DNA from: Eledone cirrhosa
Lineage: Eukaryota
Reading direction: 5' to 3'
Assembly: GCA_964016885.1 (NCBI GenBank)
Contig: OZ024753.1
Location: 26,040,001 to 26,104,000, forward strand
DNA length: 64,000 bases
This document shows, piece after piece, positions 1-14,099 of the stretch. The notes beneath the pieces were generated by a model. It saw nothing but the letters and a program-made list of their open reading frames with translations. It was not told the DNA's origin and made no database searches. Both the position numbers and the translations under genes were made by a program. Positions within the stretch are counted from its first letter, which is position 1, and each line of letters starts with the position of its first letter.

Positions 1-310
1 GGGATTTCTTTCTTCGTTTCTGTGCCTTTCCTTTCTTCTATCCTACGCCATTTTGTGGCGTAGGATAGAAGAAAGGAAAGGCACAGAAACGAAGAAAGAA
101 ATCCCCAGTCACTGAAGAGGTCACAGAGTGTGTGACGAAAGAACTATGACTATATATATATAAACAACTATCTGGTTGTGGAACCAACCAACCAACCAGA
201 AATTTATAAATTTGTAAATTTATAAATATATATTAAATTAAATTGAAGTGAAAGCAACTGGTGCGTGTGTTTCTTATTGGCAACATGACCCTCCCAAAGT
301 ATAACAATAT
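1..310. repeat. Fold-back palindrome (left arm cut by window edge) carrying an HHR; identical to 4491-4800
   Basis: ...tcctacgcca-ttttg-tggcgtagga...; loop at 51-55; sequence recurs at offset 4490. Confidence 0.93.
107..151 (+). ncRNA. Minimal type I hammerhead ribozyme, family A
   Basis: agtca-CTGAAGA-g-gtcaca(gagtg)tgtgac-GAAA-gaac-TA-tgact: stem I agtca/tgact, 6-bp stem II, very short stem III. Confidence 0.8.
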
Positions 311-366
311 CGGTTTCAACACACGATTTCAGATAAAGAATCTTGCTAAACAAATTCAGAAACGAA

Positions 367-1017
367 ATATATATATATTATATATATGTATATTTATATA
401 TATATTATATATATGTATATTTATAGATATATTTTATATATGTATATATATATATATATATGTGTATATTTATATATATATTTTATATATGTATATATAT
501 ATATATATATGTGTATATTTATATATATATTATATATATGTATATATTATATATATATTATATATATGTATATATATATATATGTGTATATTTATATATA
601 TATTATATATATGTATATATAATATATATATATTATATATATGTATATATATATATATATATGTGTATATTTATATATATATTATATATATGTATATATA
701 ATATATATATATTATATATATGTATATATATATATTATATATATGTATATTTATATATATATTTTATATATGTATATATATATATATATATTATATATAT
801 GTATATTTATATATATATTATATATATGTATATTTATATATATATTATATATATGTATATATAATATATGTATATTATATATATGTATATTTAAATATAT
901 ATTATATATATGTATAAATAATATATATTATATATATGTATATATAATATATTATATATATGTATATATATATATTTATATTTTATATATGTATATATAA
1001 TATATAACATATATATG

Positions 1018-1049
<32 letters not shown>

Positions 1050-1067
1050 ATATATATTATGTATATT

Positions 1068-1100
<33 letters not shown>

Positions 1101-1553
1101 TATATATATGTATATTTATATATATATTATATATATGTATATTTATATATATATTATATATATGTATATTTATATATATATTATATATATGTATATTTAT
1201 ATATATATTATATATATGTATATTCATATATATATTATATATATGTATATTCATATATATATTATATATATGTATATTTATATATATATTATATATATGT
1301 ATATTTATATATATGTATATTTATATATATATTATTTATATGTATATATATATATATATGTAATATATATATATATATATATATAATATATATAATATAT
1401 ATATATATATATATTATATATATGTATATATGTATATATATTATATATATATATGTCTATATAATATATATTATATATATGTATATATAATATATATTAT
1501 ATATATATATATATATTATATATATGTATATATATTATATATATGTATATATG

Positions 1554-1591
<38 letters not shown>

Positions 1592-2417
1592 TTATATTAT
1601 ATATATGTATATATATATATATATATTATATATATGTATATATATATATATATATTATATATATGTATATATATATATATTTTATATATATGTATATATA
1701 TTATATATATGTATATATATATTATATATATGTATATATATATTATATATAGTATATGTGTATATGTATATATATATATTATGTATATATATATTATGTA
1801 TATATATATATGTATATATATATATATTATGTATATATATATATGTATATATATATATATTATATATATGTATATATATATATTATATATGTATATATAT
1901 ATTATACATATGTATATAGGTATATGTATATATATATATATATTATATATATGTATATATATATTATACATATGTATATATGTATATAGGTATATATATA
2001 TATATGTATATATATATGTATATATATATTATATATATGTATATATATATATGTATATATATATATGTATATGTATATATATATATGTATATGTATATAT
2101 ATATATGTATATATGTATATATATATATGTATATGTATATGTATATGTATATATGTATATATATATATGTATATATATATATGTATATATGTATATGTAT
2201 ATATATATATGTATATATATATATGTATATATATATTATATATATGTATATGTATATATATATATGTATATGTATATATATATATGTATATATATATTAT
2301 ATATATGTATATATATATATGTATATTATATATTATATATATGTATATATATATATTATATATATAGTATATATATGTATATATATATTATATATATGTA
2401 TATATATATATATTATA

Positions 2418-2462
<45 letters not shown>

Positions 2463-2677
2463 GTATATATGTATATATATATATATATTATGTATATATA
2501 TATATACATATTATATATATGTATATATATATATGTACATATGTATATATATATATGTATATATATATATGTACATATGTATATATATATATGTATATAT
2601 ATATATGTATATATATATATGTACATATGTATATATATATGTATATATATATATGTATATATATATATGTATATATG

Positions 2678-2709
<32 letters not shown>

Positions 2710-2732
2710 ATATATATGTATATATATATATG

Positions 2733-2824
<92 letters not shown>

Positions 2825-2835
2825 ATATATATATG

Positions 2836-2869
<34 letters not shown>

Positions 2870-3753
2870 TATTATATATATGTATATATATATATATATA
2901 TATTATATATATGTATATATATATATATATATTATATATATGTATATATATATATATATATTATATATATGTATATATATGTATATATATATGTATGTAT
3001 GTATATATATATATATGTATGTATATATGTATATATGTATGTATATATGTATATATGTATATATATATATTATATATATGTATATATGTATATATATATA
3101 TATTATATATATGTATATATATGTATGTATATATGTTATATATATGTCTGTATATATATTATATATATGTATATATAAGTATATTATATATGTATATATA
3201 ATATATATTATATATATGTATATATATATGTATGTATATTTATATATATATTATATATATGTATATTTATATGTATATATATATGTATGTATATTTATAT
3301 ATATATTATATATATGTATATTTATATATATATTATATATATGTATATTTATATATATATTATATATATGTATATTTATATATATATTATATATATGTAT
3401 ATTTATATATATATTATATATATGTATATTTATATATATATTATATATATGTATATATATATATATATTATATATATGTATATATATATATTATATATAT
3501 GTATATATGTATATATATATATATTATATATATGTATATGTATATATATATATATTATATATATGTATACATACATATTATATATATATATATTATATAT
3601 GTGTATATATATATATGTATATTTATATATATATTATATATATGTATATATATATATGTATATTTATATATATATTATATATATGTATATTTATATATAT
3701 ATTATATATATGTATATATATATATATATTATATATATGTATATATGTATGTA

Positions 3754-3798
<45 letters not shown>

Positions 3799-3809
3799 GT
3801 ATATATATG

Positions 3810-3860
<51 letters not shown>

Positions 3861-3975
3861 TTATATATATATTATATATATGTATATATATATGTATATT
3901 TATATATATATTATATATATGTATATTTATATATATATTATATATATGTATATTTATATATATATTATATATATG

Positions 3976-4070
<95 letters not shown>

Positions 4071-4285
4071 TTATATATATATTATATATATGTATATTTA
4101 TATATATATTATATATATGTATATTTATATATATATTATATATATGTATATTTATATATATATTATATATATGTATATTTATATATATATTATATATATG
4201 TATATTTATATATATATTATATATATGTATATTTATATATATATGTATATATATATGTATATTATATATATGTATATTTATATAT
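367..4285. repeat. Degenerate (TA)n microsatellite with TATG/TATT variants and ~22-24 bp higher-order units
   Basis: Direct reading; recurring atatatgtatatttatatatatatt-type units. Confidence 0.97.
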
Positions 4286-4444
4286 ATATTGTTATACTTT
4301 GGGAGGGTCATGTTGCCAATAAGAAACACACGCACCAGTTGCTTTCACTTCAATTTAATTTAATATATATTTATAAATTTACAAATTTATAAATTTCTGG
4401 TTGGTTGGTTGGTTCCACAACCAGATAGTTGTTTATATATATAT

Positions 4445-4489
4445 AGTCATAGTTCTTTCGTCACACACTCTGTGACCTCTTCAGTGACT
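4445..4489 (-). ncRNA. Hammerhead ribozyme, family A (left arm of palindrome)
   Basis: Exact reverse complement of the motif at 107-151. Confidence 0.8.
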
Positions 4490-4596
4490 GGGGATTTCTT
4501 TCTTCGTTTCTGTGCCTTTCCTTTCTTCTATCCTACGCCATTTTGTGGCGTAGGATAGAAGAAAGGAAAGGCACAGAAACGAAGAAAGAAATCCCC

Positions 4597-4641
4597 AGTC
4601 ACTGAAGAGGTCACAGAGTGTGTGACGAAAGAACTATGACT
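4597..4641 (+). ncRNA. Hammerhead ribozyme, family A (right arm of palindrome)
   Basis: Identical to 107-151. Confidence 0.8.
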
Positions 4642-4856
4642 ATATATATATAAACAACTATCTGGTTGTGGAACCAACCAACCAACCAGAAATTTATAAA
4701 TTTGTAAATTTATAAATATATATTAAATTAAATTGAAGTGAAAGCAACTGGTGCGTGTGTTTCTTATTGGCAACATGACCCTCCCAAAGTATAACAATAT
4801 CGGTTTCAACACACGATTTCAGATAAAGAATCTTGCTAAACAAATTCAGAAACGAA

Positions 4857-5509
4857 ATATATATATATTATATATATGTATATTTATATATATATTATAT
4901 ATATGTATATTTATAGATATATTTTATATATGTATATATATATATATATATGTGTATATTTATATATATATTTTATATATGTATATATATATATATATAT
5001 GTGTATATTTATATATATATTATATATATGTATATATTATATATATATATTATATATATGTATATATATATATATGTGTATATTTATATATATATTATAT
5101 ATATGTATATATAATATATATATATTATATATATGTATATATATATATATATATGTGTATATTTATATATATATTATATATATGTATATATAATATATAT
5201 ATATTATATATATGTATATATATATATTATATATATGTATATTTATATATATATTTTATATATGTATATATATATATATATATTATATATATGTATATTT
5301 ATATATATATTATATATATGTATATTTATATATATATTATATATATGTATATATAATATATGTATATTATATATATGTATATTTAAATATATATTATATA
5401 TATGTATAAATAATATATATTATATATATGTATATATAATATATTATATATATGTATATATATATATTTATATTTTATATATGTATATATAATATATAAC
5501 ATATATATG

Positions 5510-5541
<32 letters not shown>

Positions 5542-5559
5542 ATATATATTATGTATATT

Positions 5560-5592
<33 letters not shown>

Positions 5593-5834
5593 TATATATA
5601 TGTATATTTATATATATATTATATATATGTATATTTATATATATATTATATATATGTATATTTATATATATATTATATATATGTATATTTATATATATAT
5701 TATATATATGTATATTCATATATATATTATATATATGTATATTCATATATATATTATATATATGTATATTTATATATATATTATATATATGTATATTTAT
5801 ATATATGTATATTTATATATATATTATTTATATG

Positions 5835-5870
<36 letters not shown>

Positions 5871-6912
5871 ATATATATATATATTATATATATGTATATA
5901 TGTATATATATATATATATATATGTCTATATAATATATATTATATATATGTATATATAATATATATTATATATATATATATATATTATATATATGTATAT
6001 ATATTATATATATGTATATATGTATATATATTATATATATGTATATATATATATATATTATATTATATATATGTATATATATATATATATATTATATATA
6101 TGTATATATATATATATATATTATATATATGTATATATATTATATATATGTATATATATATATATATATTATATATATGTATATATATTATATATATGTA
6201 TATATGTATATATATTATATATATGTATATATATATATATATTATATATATGTATATATATATATATGTATATATATTATATATATGTATATATATATAT
6301 ATATTATATATATGTATATATATATATATATTATATATATGTATATTTATATATATTATATATATGTATATTTATATATATATATTATATATATGTATAT
6401 TTATATATATTATATATATGTATATTTATATATATTATATATATGTATATTTATATATATATTATATATATGTATATTTATATATATATTATATATATGT
6501 GTATTTATATATATATTATATATATGTATATTTATATATATATTATATATATGTATATTTATATATATTATATATATGTATATTTATATATATATTATAT
6601 ATATGTATATTTATATATATATTATATATATGTATATTTATGTACATTTATATATATGTATATTTATGTACATTTATATATATGTATATTTATATATATG
6701 TATATATATGTATATTTATATATATATTATATATATGTATATATATGTATATTTATATATATGTATATATATGTATATTTATATATATATTATATATATG
6801 TATATATATGTATATTTATATATATATTATATATATGTATATATATGTATATTTATATATATATTATATATATGTATATTTATGTACATTTATATGTATA
6901 TTTATATATATG
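4857..6912. repeat. Degenerate (TA)n microsatellite; first ~1.1 kb duplicates 367-~1500
   Basis: Rare variants (tagat, aacat, tattcat, tgtctat) recur in the same order at offset ~4490. Confidence 0.95.
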
Positions 6913-7320
6913 TAAACAATTAAGTTAAAAATGTACATCTACATATGCATACTGAAATACTAGTGTGTATATGAATACACACACGTATACATATGTAGGT
7001 GTAACAAGTCTTTCACTGGTTGCTTTACTGTGAGCAGCCCAGCTATTCTGTATGTAAACACACAGACAAACCGGTTTTTAGAGTCATACTGGTTTTCGGG
7101 GGAACACCTTCCCTCTATTCTCCAGAAAGCCAGACAAGGAATATTGAACTAGTTTCGTTGTTGTTACAACTCATCAGCAATATTTACCTATCTACCGGCC
7201 CTTCTGGAGAATTGTAAAAGCACATATCGTTATATGCTTTTTCTATGAAAATTAGTAGTGGGCAGACTAATTTGCATAGAGTCTACATATGTAGATGTAC
7301 ATTTTTAACTTAATTGTTTA
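6913..7320. mobile_element. 408-bp non-coding element bounded by perfect 35-bp inverted repeats (MITE-like or PLE-derived)
   Basis: taaacaattaagttaaaaatgtacatctacatatg (6913-6947) is the reverse complement of 7286-7320. Confidence 0.6.
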
Positions 7321-7679
7321 AGCGTCAGTCATACAAAAGTGAGTTACAAACGAAACGAAATTTAATTTCGTTTCGTTATTTGTTTTTATATATATGTATA
7401 TATATGTATATTTATGTATATGTATATATATGTATATTTATGTATATGTATATATATGTATATATATGTATATTTATATATATGTATATATATGTATATT
7501 TATATATATATATATATGTATATTTATGTATATTTATATATATGTATATTTATGTATATTTATATATATGTATATATATGTATATTTATATATATGTATA
7601 TTTATATATGTATATATTATATATATATGTATATTTATATATATATACATATATATATATGTATATTTATATATATGTA

Positions 7680-10125
7680 TTCTCTCTTTTACTCTTTTAC
7701 CTGTTTCAGCCATCCGGCTGAGGCCATGCTGGGGCACCGCCCTTGTTGCTACACATTTTATCTCAAGCCTGTATAGGTTTGCCACTGGTGTAGGAGGGAG
7801 TTTGTTGCTGCTGCCCTTAGGTTTCCCTCGTGTCTTGCTGTGGGCTCATCCGGGATCCTGGATAACAAAGTGTCGAGATGTTTCTTAAAGACATCTACCT
7901 CCACGTCATGCAAGTCTCGCAGATGCCTCGGCAGCCTGTTGAAGAGTTGAGGGCCCTTGAATCCCAGGCTATTGCAATACCTGCTCCTTATTCTAGATGT
8001 GGAAGACGGGACCTTTGGCACCACACAGTGACGTCCTGTTCGACGGTTGGTCCAGCTCCCAATGCCAAAGTTTGGTGCTAGTCCCTCCAGGATTTTCCAC
8101 ATGTAGATCACTGCGTATCTCTCCCGTCTTCGCTCCAAGGAGTAGAGGTTCAGTTCCTTCAGCCTCTCCCAGTAGCTTGTCTCCCTCATCTTGGCAATCC
8201 TCTTGGTGTAGCTTCGCTGGATTGCCTCAAGCTCCGTGGTTAGTTTGACACTATGGGGTGACCACAGCTGGGAGCAGTAGTCCAGGCGGCTTAGGACAAA
8301 AGTCCTCCACAGTGTCAACATGGTGTCTCGATCTCTTGTAAGGAAAGTCCTCAAGATCCAGCCAGCGAATTGTCTACATGCTGTCGCCACCTTCATGATG
8401 TGTGAAGAAAAAGATGCATCATCGCTCATGTCTATGCCCAGGTCTCGTATCAATTTTGACACGGGGATATCGGTCCCTCCTGGTCCTGTGTAGCTGTGTT
8501 CCGCTATATTTGTGTTTGTGTTTGCAGGTTTTTATTGTAGGGCTTGGAATTTGCCAGCATTAAACTGCATGTTGTTTTCTTCCGCCCATCTCTATATGGC
8601 ATCCAGATCCTGCTGTAAGAGGGCAGCGTCAGCCGGGTTTTTGATTGCCTGTGCTACCTTAGTGTCATCAGCATAGCTAGTGAGGGATGTTGTTGCATGC
8701 ACCACAGAGGGCGTGTCCGAGAGAGCCAGCAAAAACAGTAGTGGTCCCAGAACTGTCCCCTGAGGCACCCTATTTGTTATCGGTGTTTCCCTCGAGAGGG
8801 CCCCATTTGCTGCGACTGCCTGGCTTCTGTCCCTTAGGAAGCCATGCAGCCACTCACCTACTTTTCCAGTTATGCCGAGTCCGTGTAGTTTATGACATAT
8901 CATTCCGTGGTCGACCTTGTCAAAGGCCTTCGCAAAGTTAAGATATATCACGTCTACATGTGAGCTGTCTAGTAGTTGTCTCAGTACCCAGTCGTAGTGA
9001 TGTAGCAGCTGTGTAAGGCAGCTTCTTCCTGGGCGGAAGCCATGTTGCGTGCTAGTCAGGCGGTCATTTTCTTCGAGGAAAGTGATTAGTTTCTTTCTGA
9101 CGACTCGCTCCATGACCTTACTGATATGCGACGTCAGGGAGACTGGCCTATAGTTCTTGGCCTCCGCTCTACTACCTCCTTTATGGATAGGGCATATTGT
9201 GCCTTCTTTCAGCTCCCTGGGTAGTACACCGCTAGCTAAGGAGCTTCTGAAGAGCATCTTCAGTGGAGTTGCTAAGGCCCGCTTACATATTTTTAGGAGA
9301 ACTGCTGGGAATCCATCAGGTCCAGCAGCCGAGTCTGTTCTAATTTCATCAATGGCGTACACCACATCCTCCACCGTTATGTCTATGTGGTTGATGGTTG
9401 CCATTTCTTGATGTAGTGTTGTGGCATCAAAGAACTCCTCTGGCTTCGTTATTTGCATGTGCCTCAGTGGACATGTGAAGACACTTTTGTACTGTTCGTT
9501 CAGTATTTCACATATCTCTTGGGGATTTTCGGTTAATGAACCGTCCGTGTGGAAGAGTGGTCCAATCTTGCAGTGTACTGAGGCAGTTTCTTTTGCAAAT
9601 TTAAAGAAGGCCTTAGGGTTTGTTTTAATGTTTTCTATGGCCCTGTTCTCTTTCCTTGCCCTCTCATTCTCATGTGAAAGCTTGAGTGCAATCTTGGTGT
9701 CAAGTAGTGCACGTTTCAAATAGGATTCCTTCTTGTTTCGGTTTTGTTGACTATTCAACTGGTTTGAGAGTTTAGTTCTACGTCTCATAAGGATTTTCCT
9801 ATCTCTGGGAATAAGATTTTTGTGTCTGTTTGCCTCTTTCTCCGGGACACACTTTTTGCATATGGTGTGTATCGTTGTCATGAAGTGTTGAAATTGTGTG
9901 TTAGTGTCTTGTGTGGCGATGTTTGCAATCCATGTTTGCTTCCGGATTTCACTCTTAATCTTCTTCCAGTCAGCCCCGTAGAAGTTAAGGCTGGATAGCG
10001 TCCCGGAGCTTCTTGGTGGTTTTGTCTCTGTTGGTTCTCTTGGACCACATATCATTAGCTCTACCAAGTTATGATCCGAGAGAATTGTTGGTGTCACCTT
10101 TACATTGTGGATGAGCACTTCGTTG
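7680..10125 (-). mobile_element. 5'-truncated CR1-group LINE (end of APE, RT, C-terminus, 3' UTR)
   Basis: ORFs 8592-10118 (SDHNLV, NYRPVSLTS, QHGFRPGRSC, FAKAFDKV, VPQGTVLGPLLF, YADD) and 7758-8462 (LDYCSQLWSP, LYSLERRRERY); 3' tail ...ggtgccccagcatggcc...gtaaaagagtaaaagag. Confidence 0.95.
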
Positions 10126-10329
10126 TTTGTATATTCATATATATGTATATTTATATATATATATATGTATATTTATATATATGTATATTTATATATATAT
10201 ATATGTATATTTATATATATGTATATTTATATATATGTATATTTATATATATGTATATGTATATATATATGTATATGTATATATATATGTATATGTATAT
10301 ATATATGTATATTTATATATATGTATATT

Positions 10330-10376
<47 letters not shown>

Positions 10377-10411
10377 GTATATTTATATATATATATATGT
10401 ATATTTATATA

Positions 10412-10467
<56 letters not shown>

Positions 10468-10472
<5 letters not shown>

Positions 10473-11176
10473 GTTGAAAATGTAACGCACTAGAGAGAGA
10501 TAGTGTATCATCAATAAAACAGGAAAAACCACCAGTGTATGGAATCTATAATCTATGGAAGGCTGGGTAGACACAATAATTAAAAATATAAATTAAAATG
10601 TATATACGCATCTCTATAACTATATAACACACGCGTACGAATCCAAAGAGATATGTTTCGCCAGGAAGTTGTTGACTGAAATGGAATAGCCCATGGTTCA
10701 TCAGCGCATGCAAGACTATACATTCCAGACAACTCTAAGATAAATTAAAGCGACCGTCCAACTAGACGCGGCAGCGAGATGTCACAGCCTGTTTAGGGCA
10801 GTGAACCAGGGGTATCTGAGGGACGAGCTGCTAGAAAGGGCAGCCCAAAAACCACTCAAAGAAGCGTGCTCAACCAAACAGAGTGAGGAAAGACTGTTAT
10901 AAGGAACGAAATATCACGATAAATTAACGGAGCCATAGACTCTCGTTATTCCATATCAATAATGTGCTCAAAGCAAAAGGAATCCTGAGCTCTTTAAAAT
11001 ACAATATGGAAACCATACACTGGTGGTTTTGCCTCTTTTTTTTTATGACACACTATCTCTCTCTAGTGTGTTACCTTTTCAACATATTGTATTTTAACGA
11101 GCTCAGGATTCCTTTTCCTTTGAGCACATTATTAACAGGGAATAACGAGTCGATGGCTCCCTAATTTATCGTGATA
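10468..11176. mobile_element. Non-autonomous Penelope-like (pLTR-type) element with nested inverted repeats
   Basis: 10468-10552 is inverted at 11013-11089; 10912-10992 is inverted at 11099-11176; HHR-like core inside; TA-flanked. Confidence 0.6.
10649..10707 (-). ncRNA. Candidate hammerhead with extended stem II, family B
   Basis: rc: gcg-CTGATGA-a-cca(tgg...cc)tgg-c-GAAA-cata-TC; stem I not convincingly paired. Confidence 0.45.
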
Positions 11177-11191
11177 CATACATACATACAT

Positions 11192-11238
<47 letters not shown>

Positions 11239-11254
11239 GTGTGTGTGTGTGTAT

Positions 11255-11588
11255 GTATGTATTATCTCTTTCTCTTAATTTCGAGTATATTTTCTTGACC
11301 GGCCACCTTCCTGGTGACAAGGTCGTAAAAGAAAAGAAATTGTCATCCCTTGAATCGTAAGAATGTTTTGCAAATTTTGAAGGTGCCAGCTATCGCAGCC
11401 ATTTGTAGACTATGAATTAGAGAGCTGCGCTCTTTGTCCGCAAATCCAAGTTCAGTCATACTTTGCTCCAAGCGGGTTGGTATATAACGCGTAGCTCCAA
11501 TAATGATGGGTATGAAGCTAAATGTGTATCTTGGATACTGGATTTGTAAACTCCTCATCAATGGTCCGTAGATGTCCTCCTTCTCCTG
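11255..11588 (-). mobile_element. 3' fragment of an R4/Dong-like non-LTR element (C-terminal restriction-like endonuclease region)
   Basis: EKEDIYGPLMRSLQIQYPRYTFSFIPIIIGATRYIP...LQMAAIAGTFKICKTFLRF; inserted in microsatellite. Confidence 0.75.
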
Positions 11589-11629
11589 TATGTATGTATG
11601 TATGTATGTATATATACATATTTATATGT

Positions 11630-11850
11630 GTCAATGATAAACAGAAATAACAACACAATCGGTACAGTGTATGGAATGGATATATTAGGTTAACGCTTGA
11701 TATAGCAGTAAGAGGGTTTTAACGTTTCGGACGCTAATCCTTCATCAGAAGAATGAGAAATACGATACACTGAGGGGACGGGCGTGGTGGAATTGGAAAA
11801 AATAACAGATCCATTCATGTTGACATCTCTTGCAAAACGGTTGGTGCTGG

Positions 11851-11852
<2 letters not shown>
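11630..11852 (-). mobile_element. Solo 3' terminal fragment (pLTR) of the Neptune-like PLE at 24672-26375
   Basis: Reverse complement aligns by eye with 26139-26372. Confidence 0.85.
11716..11753 (-). ncRNA. Minimal hammerhead, family C
   Basis: rc: tt-CTGATGA-a-gga(ttagcg)tcc-GAAACGTTA-aa; palindromic AACGTT stem III; weak stem I. Confidence 0.7.
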
Positions 11853-11895
<43 letters not shown>

Positions 11896-11896
<1 letters not shown>

Positions 11897-12082
11897 ATAA
11901 TTGTTTCTACTTTTGGCACAAGGCCAGCAATTACCCAGTAGATTACTGGTACTTTATTTTATGAACCCCGTAAGGATGAAAGTCAAAGTTAACCACGGTG
12001 GGATTTTAACTCAGATCGTAAAGGGACATAACTACGCTGGAAAGGATGTCTGACCCTCTACCAATACTGCCAATTCACCGCC
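11896..12082 (-). mobile_element. tRNA-derived SINE
   Basis: rc: ggcggtgaattggcagtattggtagag (A box)...gagttaaaatccc (B box)...ctttcatccttacggg...ccttgtgccaaaagtagaaacaatta. Confidence 0.88.
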
Positions 12083-12919
12083 CTATATAATATATATATA
12101 ATATATATATATAATGTATATATATGTATGTTCTTCTGGCTTTATAATTTTAAAAAAATGTTCCCAATAGAGAGAGCTGGTTTCTAACATAGACACAAGA
12201 CTCTCTCATTGGAATTTACACAACATCAACTAGGTAGATTATGTATGCATGTGTAGATATGGATGTTATTGAATGCGTGGATGTGTATGTTTTGAGTTGT
12301 ATGTGTGCATGTGTGTATGTATATGTGTATGTATTATCGTGACACATCTTATCAAGCGTCTTTTCATCGAACATCATTTTATCTAATCTTAACAAATTTT
12401 CCTCGAAACTACTTTTATATTCTATAATCCTATAAATATGATATTTCCTTAATTTTCTCAATCCTTTCTTTGATTGTTTTGTGTGTGCTTTTCTTCCTGG
12501 ACAGTCACGTGATTTGTAATTGGCATTTGATTCACCTCTAGTTGTTTTCTGGAAACAAATTTCCCAAATTAAAAGCAAAGTATCGGAACCGAACTTACTG
12601 TGTGAAAGGATGGAGGAAGAAAGAAGATATTGCACGTATGTTAAATGAAATATAGAATACCAAACTGCTGGTACGACAGAACCTAAAGTATGTACAATAA
12701 ACAGACTAGATGGCAGTTTACAGCAAACAATACTACCTAACTACATACTAACACTAACAGACGTTTCCTGTGGAGTAAATTCCTTAAAGTATGTCTGATT
12801 AAGGAATAGATTGATAAATATAAAATATTCCTATTGTTAATTATGTCTAACATACCAGCAGACAAATTACAAGGTCGAAATACACTCCAATAAAACCATT
12901 AGAAGGAATAGCCTGCCAA

Positions 12920-13130
12920 TAACATTGGTGCTGATGGCGCGCTGGATTAAATGGATGGCGGAAAACGTGACAACATAATAATCTTCCCATTCCACGGCGG
13001 TAAGCCCCTAAACTGGGACCCATCATGCAGTGACACTTACTCAACTAAAGCATTCTGCTACAGACGCAGGTTTCGCTGCCAAACAAATCGAAGATCGCCA
13101 GCTATTGGAAATATCAGCAGCTTCAAATAG
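12920..13130 (+). pseudogene. Decayed CRE-clade-like retrotransposon, restriction-like endonuclease fragment
   Basis: Manual translation DGGKRDNIIIFPFHGGKPLNWDPSCSDTY then frameshift HSATDAGFAAKQIEDRQ resembles the RPDG.T.FP...GK.L.WD.TC.DT...SA...G.AA...E.RK pattern. Confidence 0.65.
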
Positions 13131-14099
13131 GATCGCGGCCGAAAGTTATTTGATGAAGACTTACGATCTATTTCATTCCCGGATTACTCTCTGCTCCCTA
13201 CTATCAGGGCGGAGATAGCTACATGCAGAGGTAAGCTCAACGAATTTCAATGGCTTTTCTAACGTGTCATCCTTGTCATGTTCCGCGATAACGCATTCTC
13301 CATTCTATCCACTTGGACCACGTGACGGCCAGGGCTTGTTATATAGAGATAATATTTAGAATTTCTATGGATTTTTACAAGTAATTATTATTATAAAGTC
13401 TAAAGATGTATTTATGAATGCAATACAAATATTGCACACGAACATGCCGGCCGGACTACCATATAATATCTAAATCTGAAGATCCTCTCAAAATTGTGAA
13501 GTCAATTGGCTATTTAGGACATTACGTTTCTCTTCACAAATGAAATCGTTTTATAAAAAATATATATTAATATTTCAGAGAAATATAATTTATTCCAAGA
13601 AGATGAATATGTTTCTTTAAAATGTTGCGTTTAATGCAAAATTTACTGTTTTGTCAGGATAGTTTCCAAAACTGATGATAAAAATTATAGTTTCATATGA
13701 TTTACTGCAAATGGAATGTGTTTTTGATTTTTTTTATGTAGGAGTTGGCGTATCTAAAATGCATTTTTTCTAGTTAGTTAAAATAAATACGTTTTCTTAT
13801 CGATTTCCTTCTTATGCAATAAAAAAGCGAAAGAAAAAATGTTAAATATATTTCTTATAAATGGTGCCTGTTATCTAACGTACAATGATTAACCTCGATA
13901 GAGAAAGCCACACTTATGCAATATTCAACAAAAATTGCATTTAGATAAATATGCCTCATATTAAAAATATTCCAGGCGGTTATCCAGAGAGATATCTTGA
14001 AAATATATAGCTCCTACAAACATTGCAGTGATATTCTATATTAACTGTCAAGGCTGTAATGTCTTAGCCCTAGTTCTATAAGGAATATTGTACTGCTGT

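Larger units (their letters stand above)
4286..4800. repeat. Perfect 515-bp palindrome (255-bp arms, 5-nt loop) of a non-coding HHR element
   Basis: Position i pairs with 9086-i; loop ttttg at 4541-4545. Confidence 0.95.

Noticed and set aside
4795-4825. Additional minus-strand HHR (ctgaaatcgtgtgttGAAAccgaTA)
   Set aside because: Lacks G8-A9 and stem II
13225-13345. Host exon (AG/GTAAGC donor) and E-box promoter
   Set aside because: Upstream sequence is better explained as a retroelement remnant; short motifs alone are not evidence
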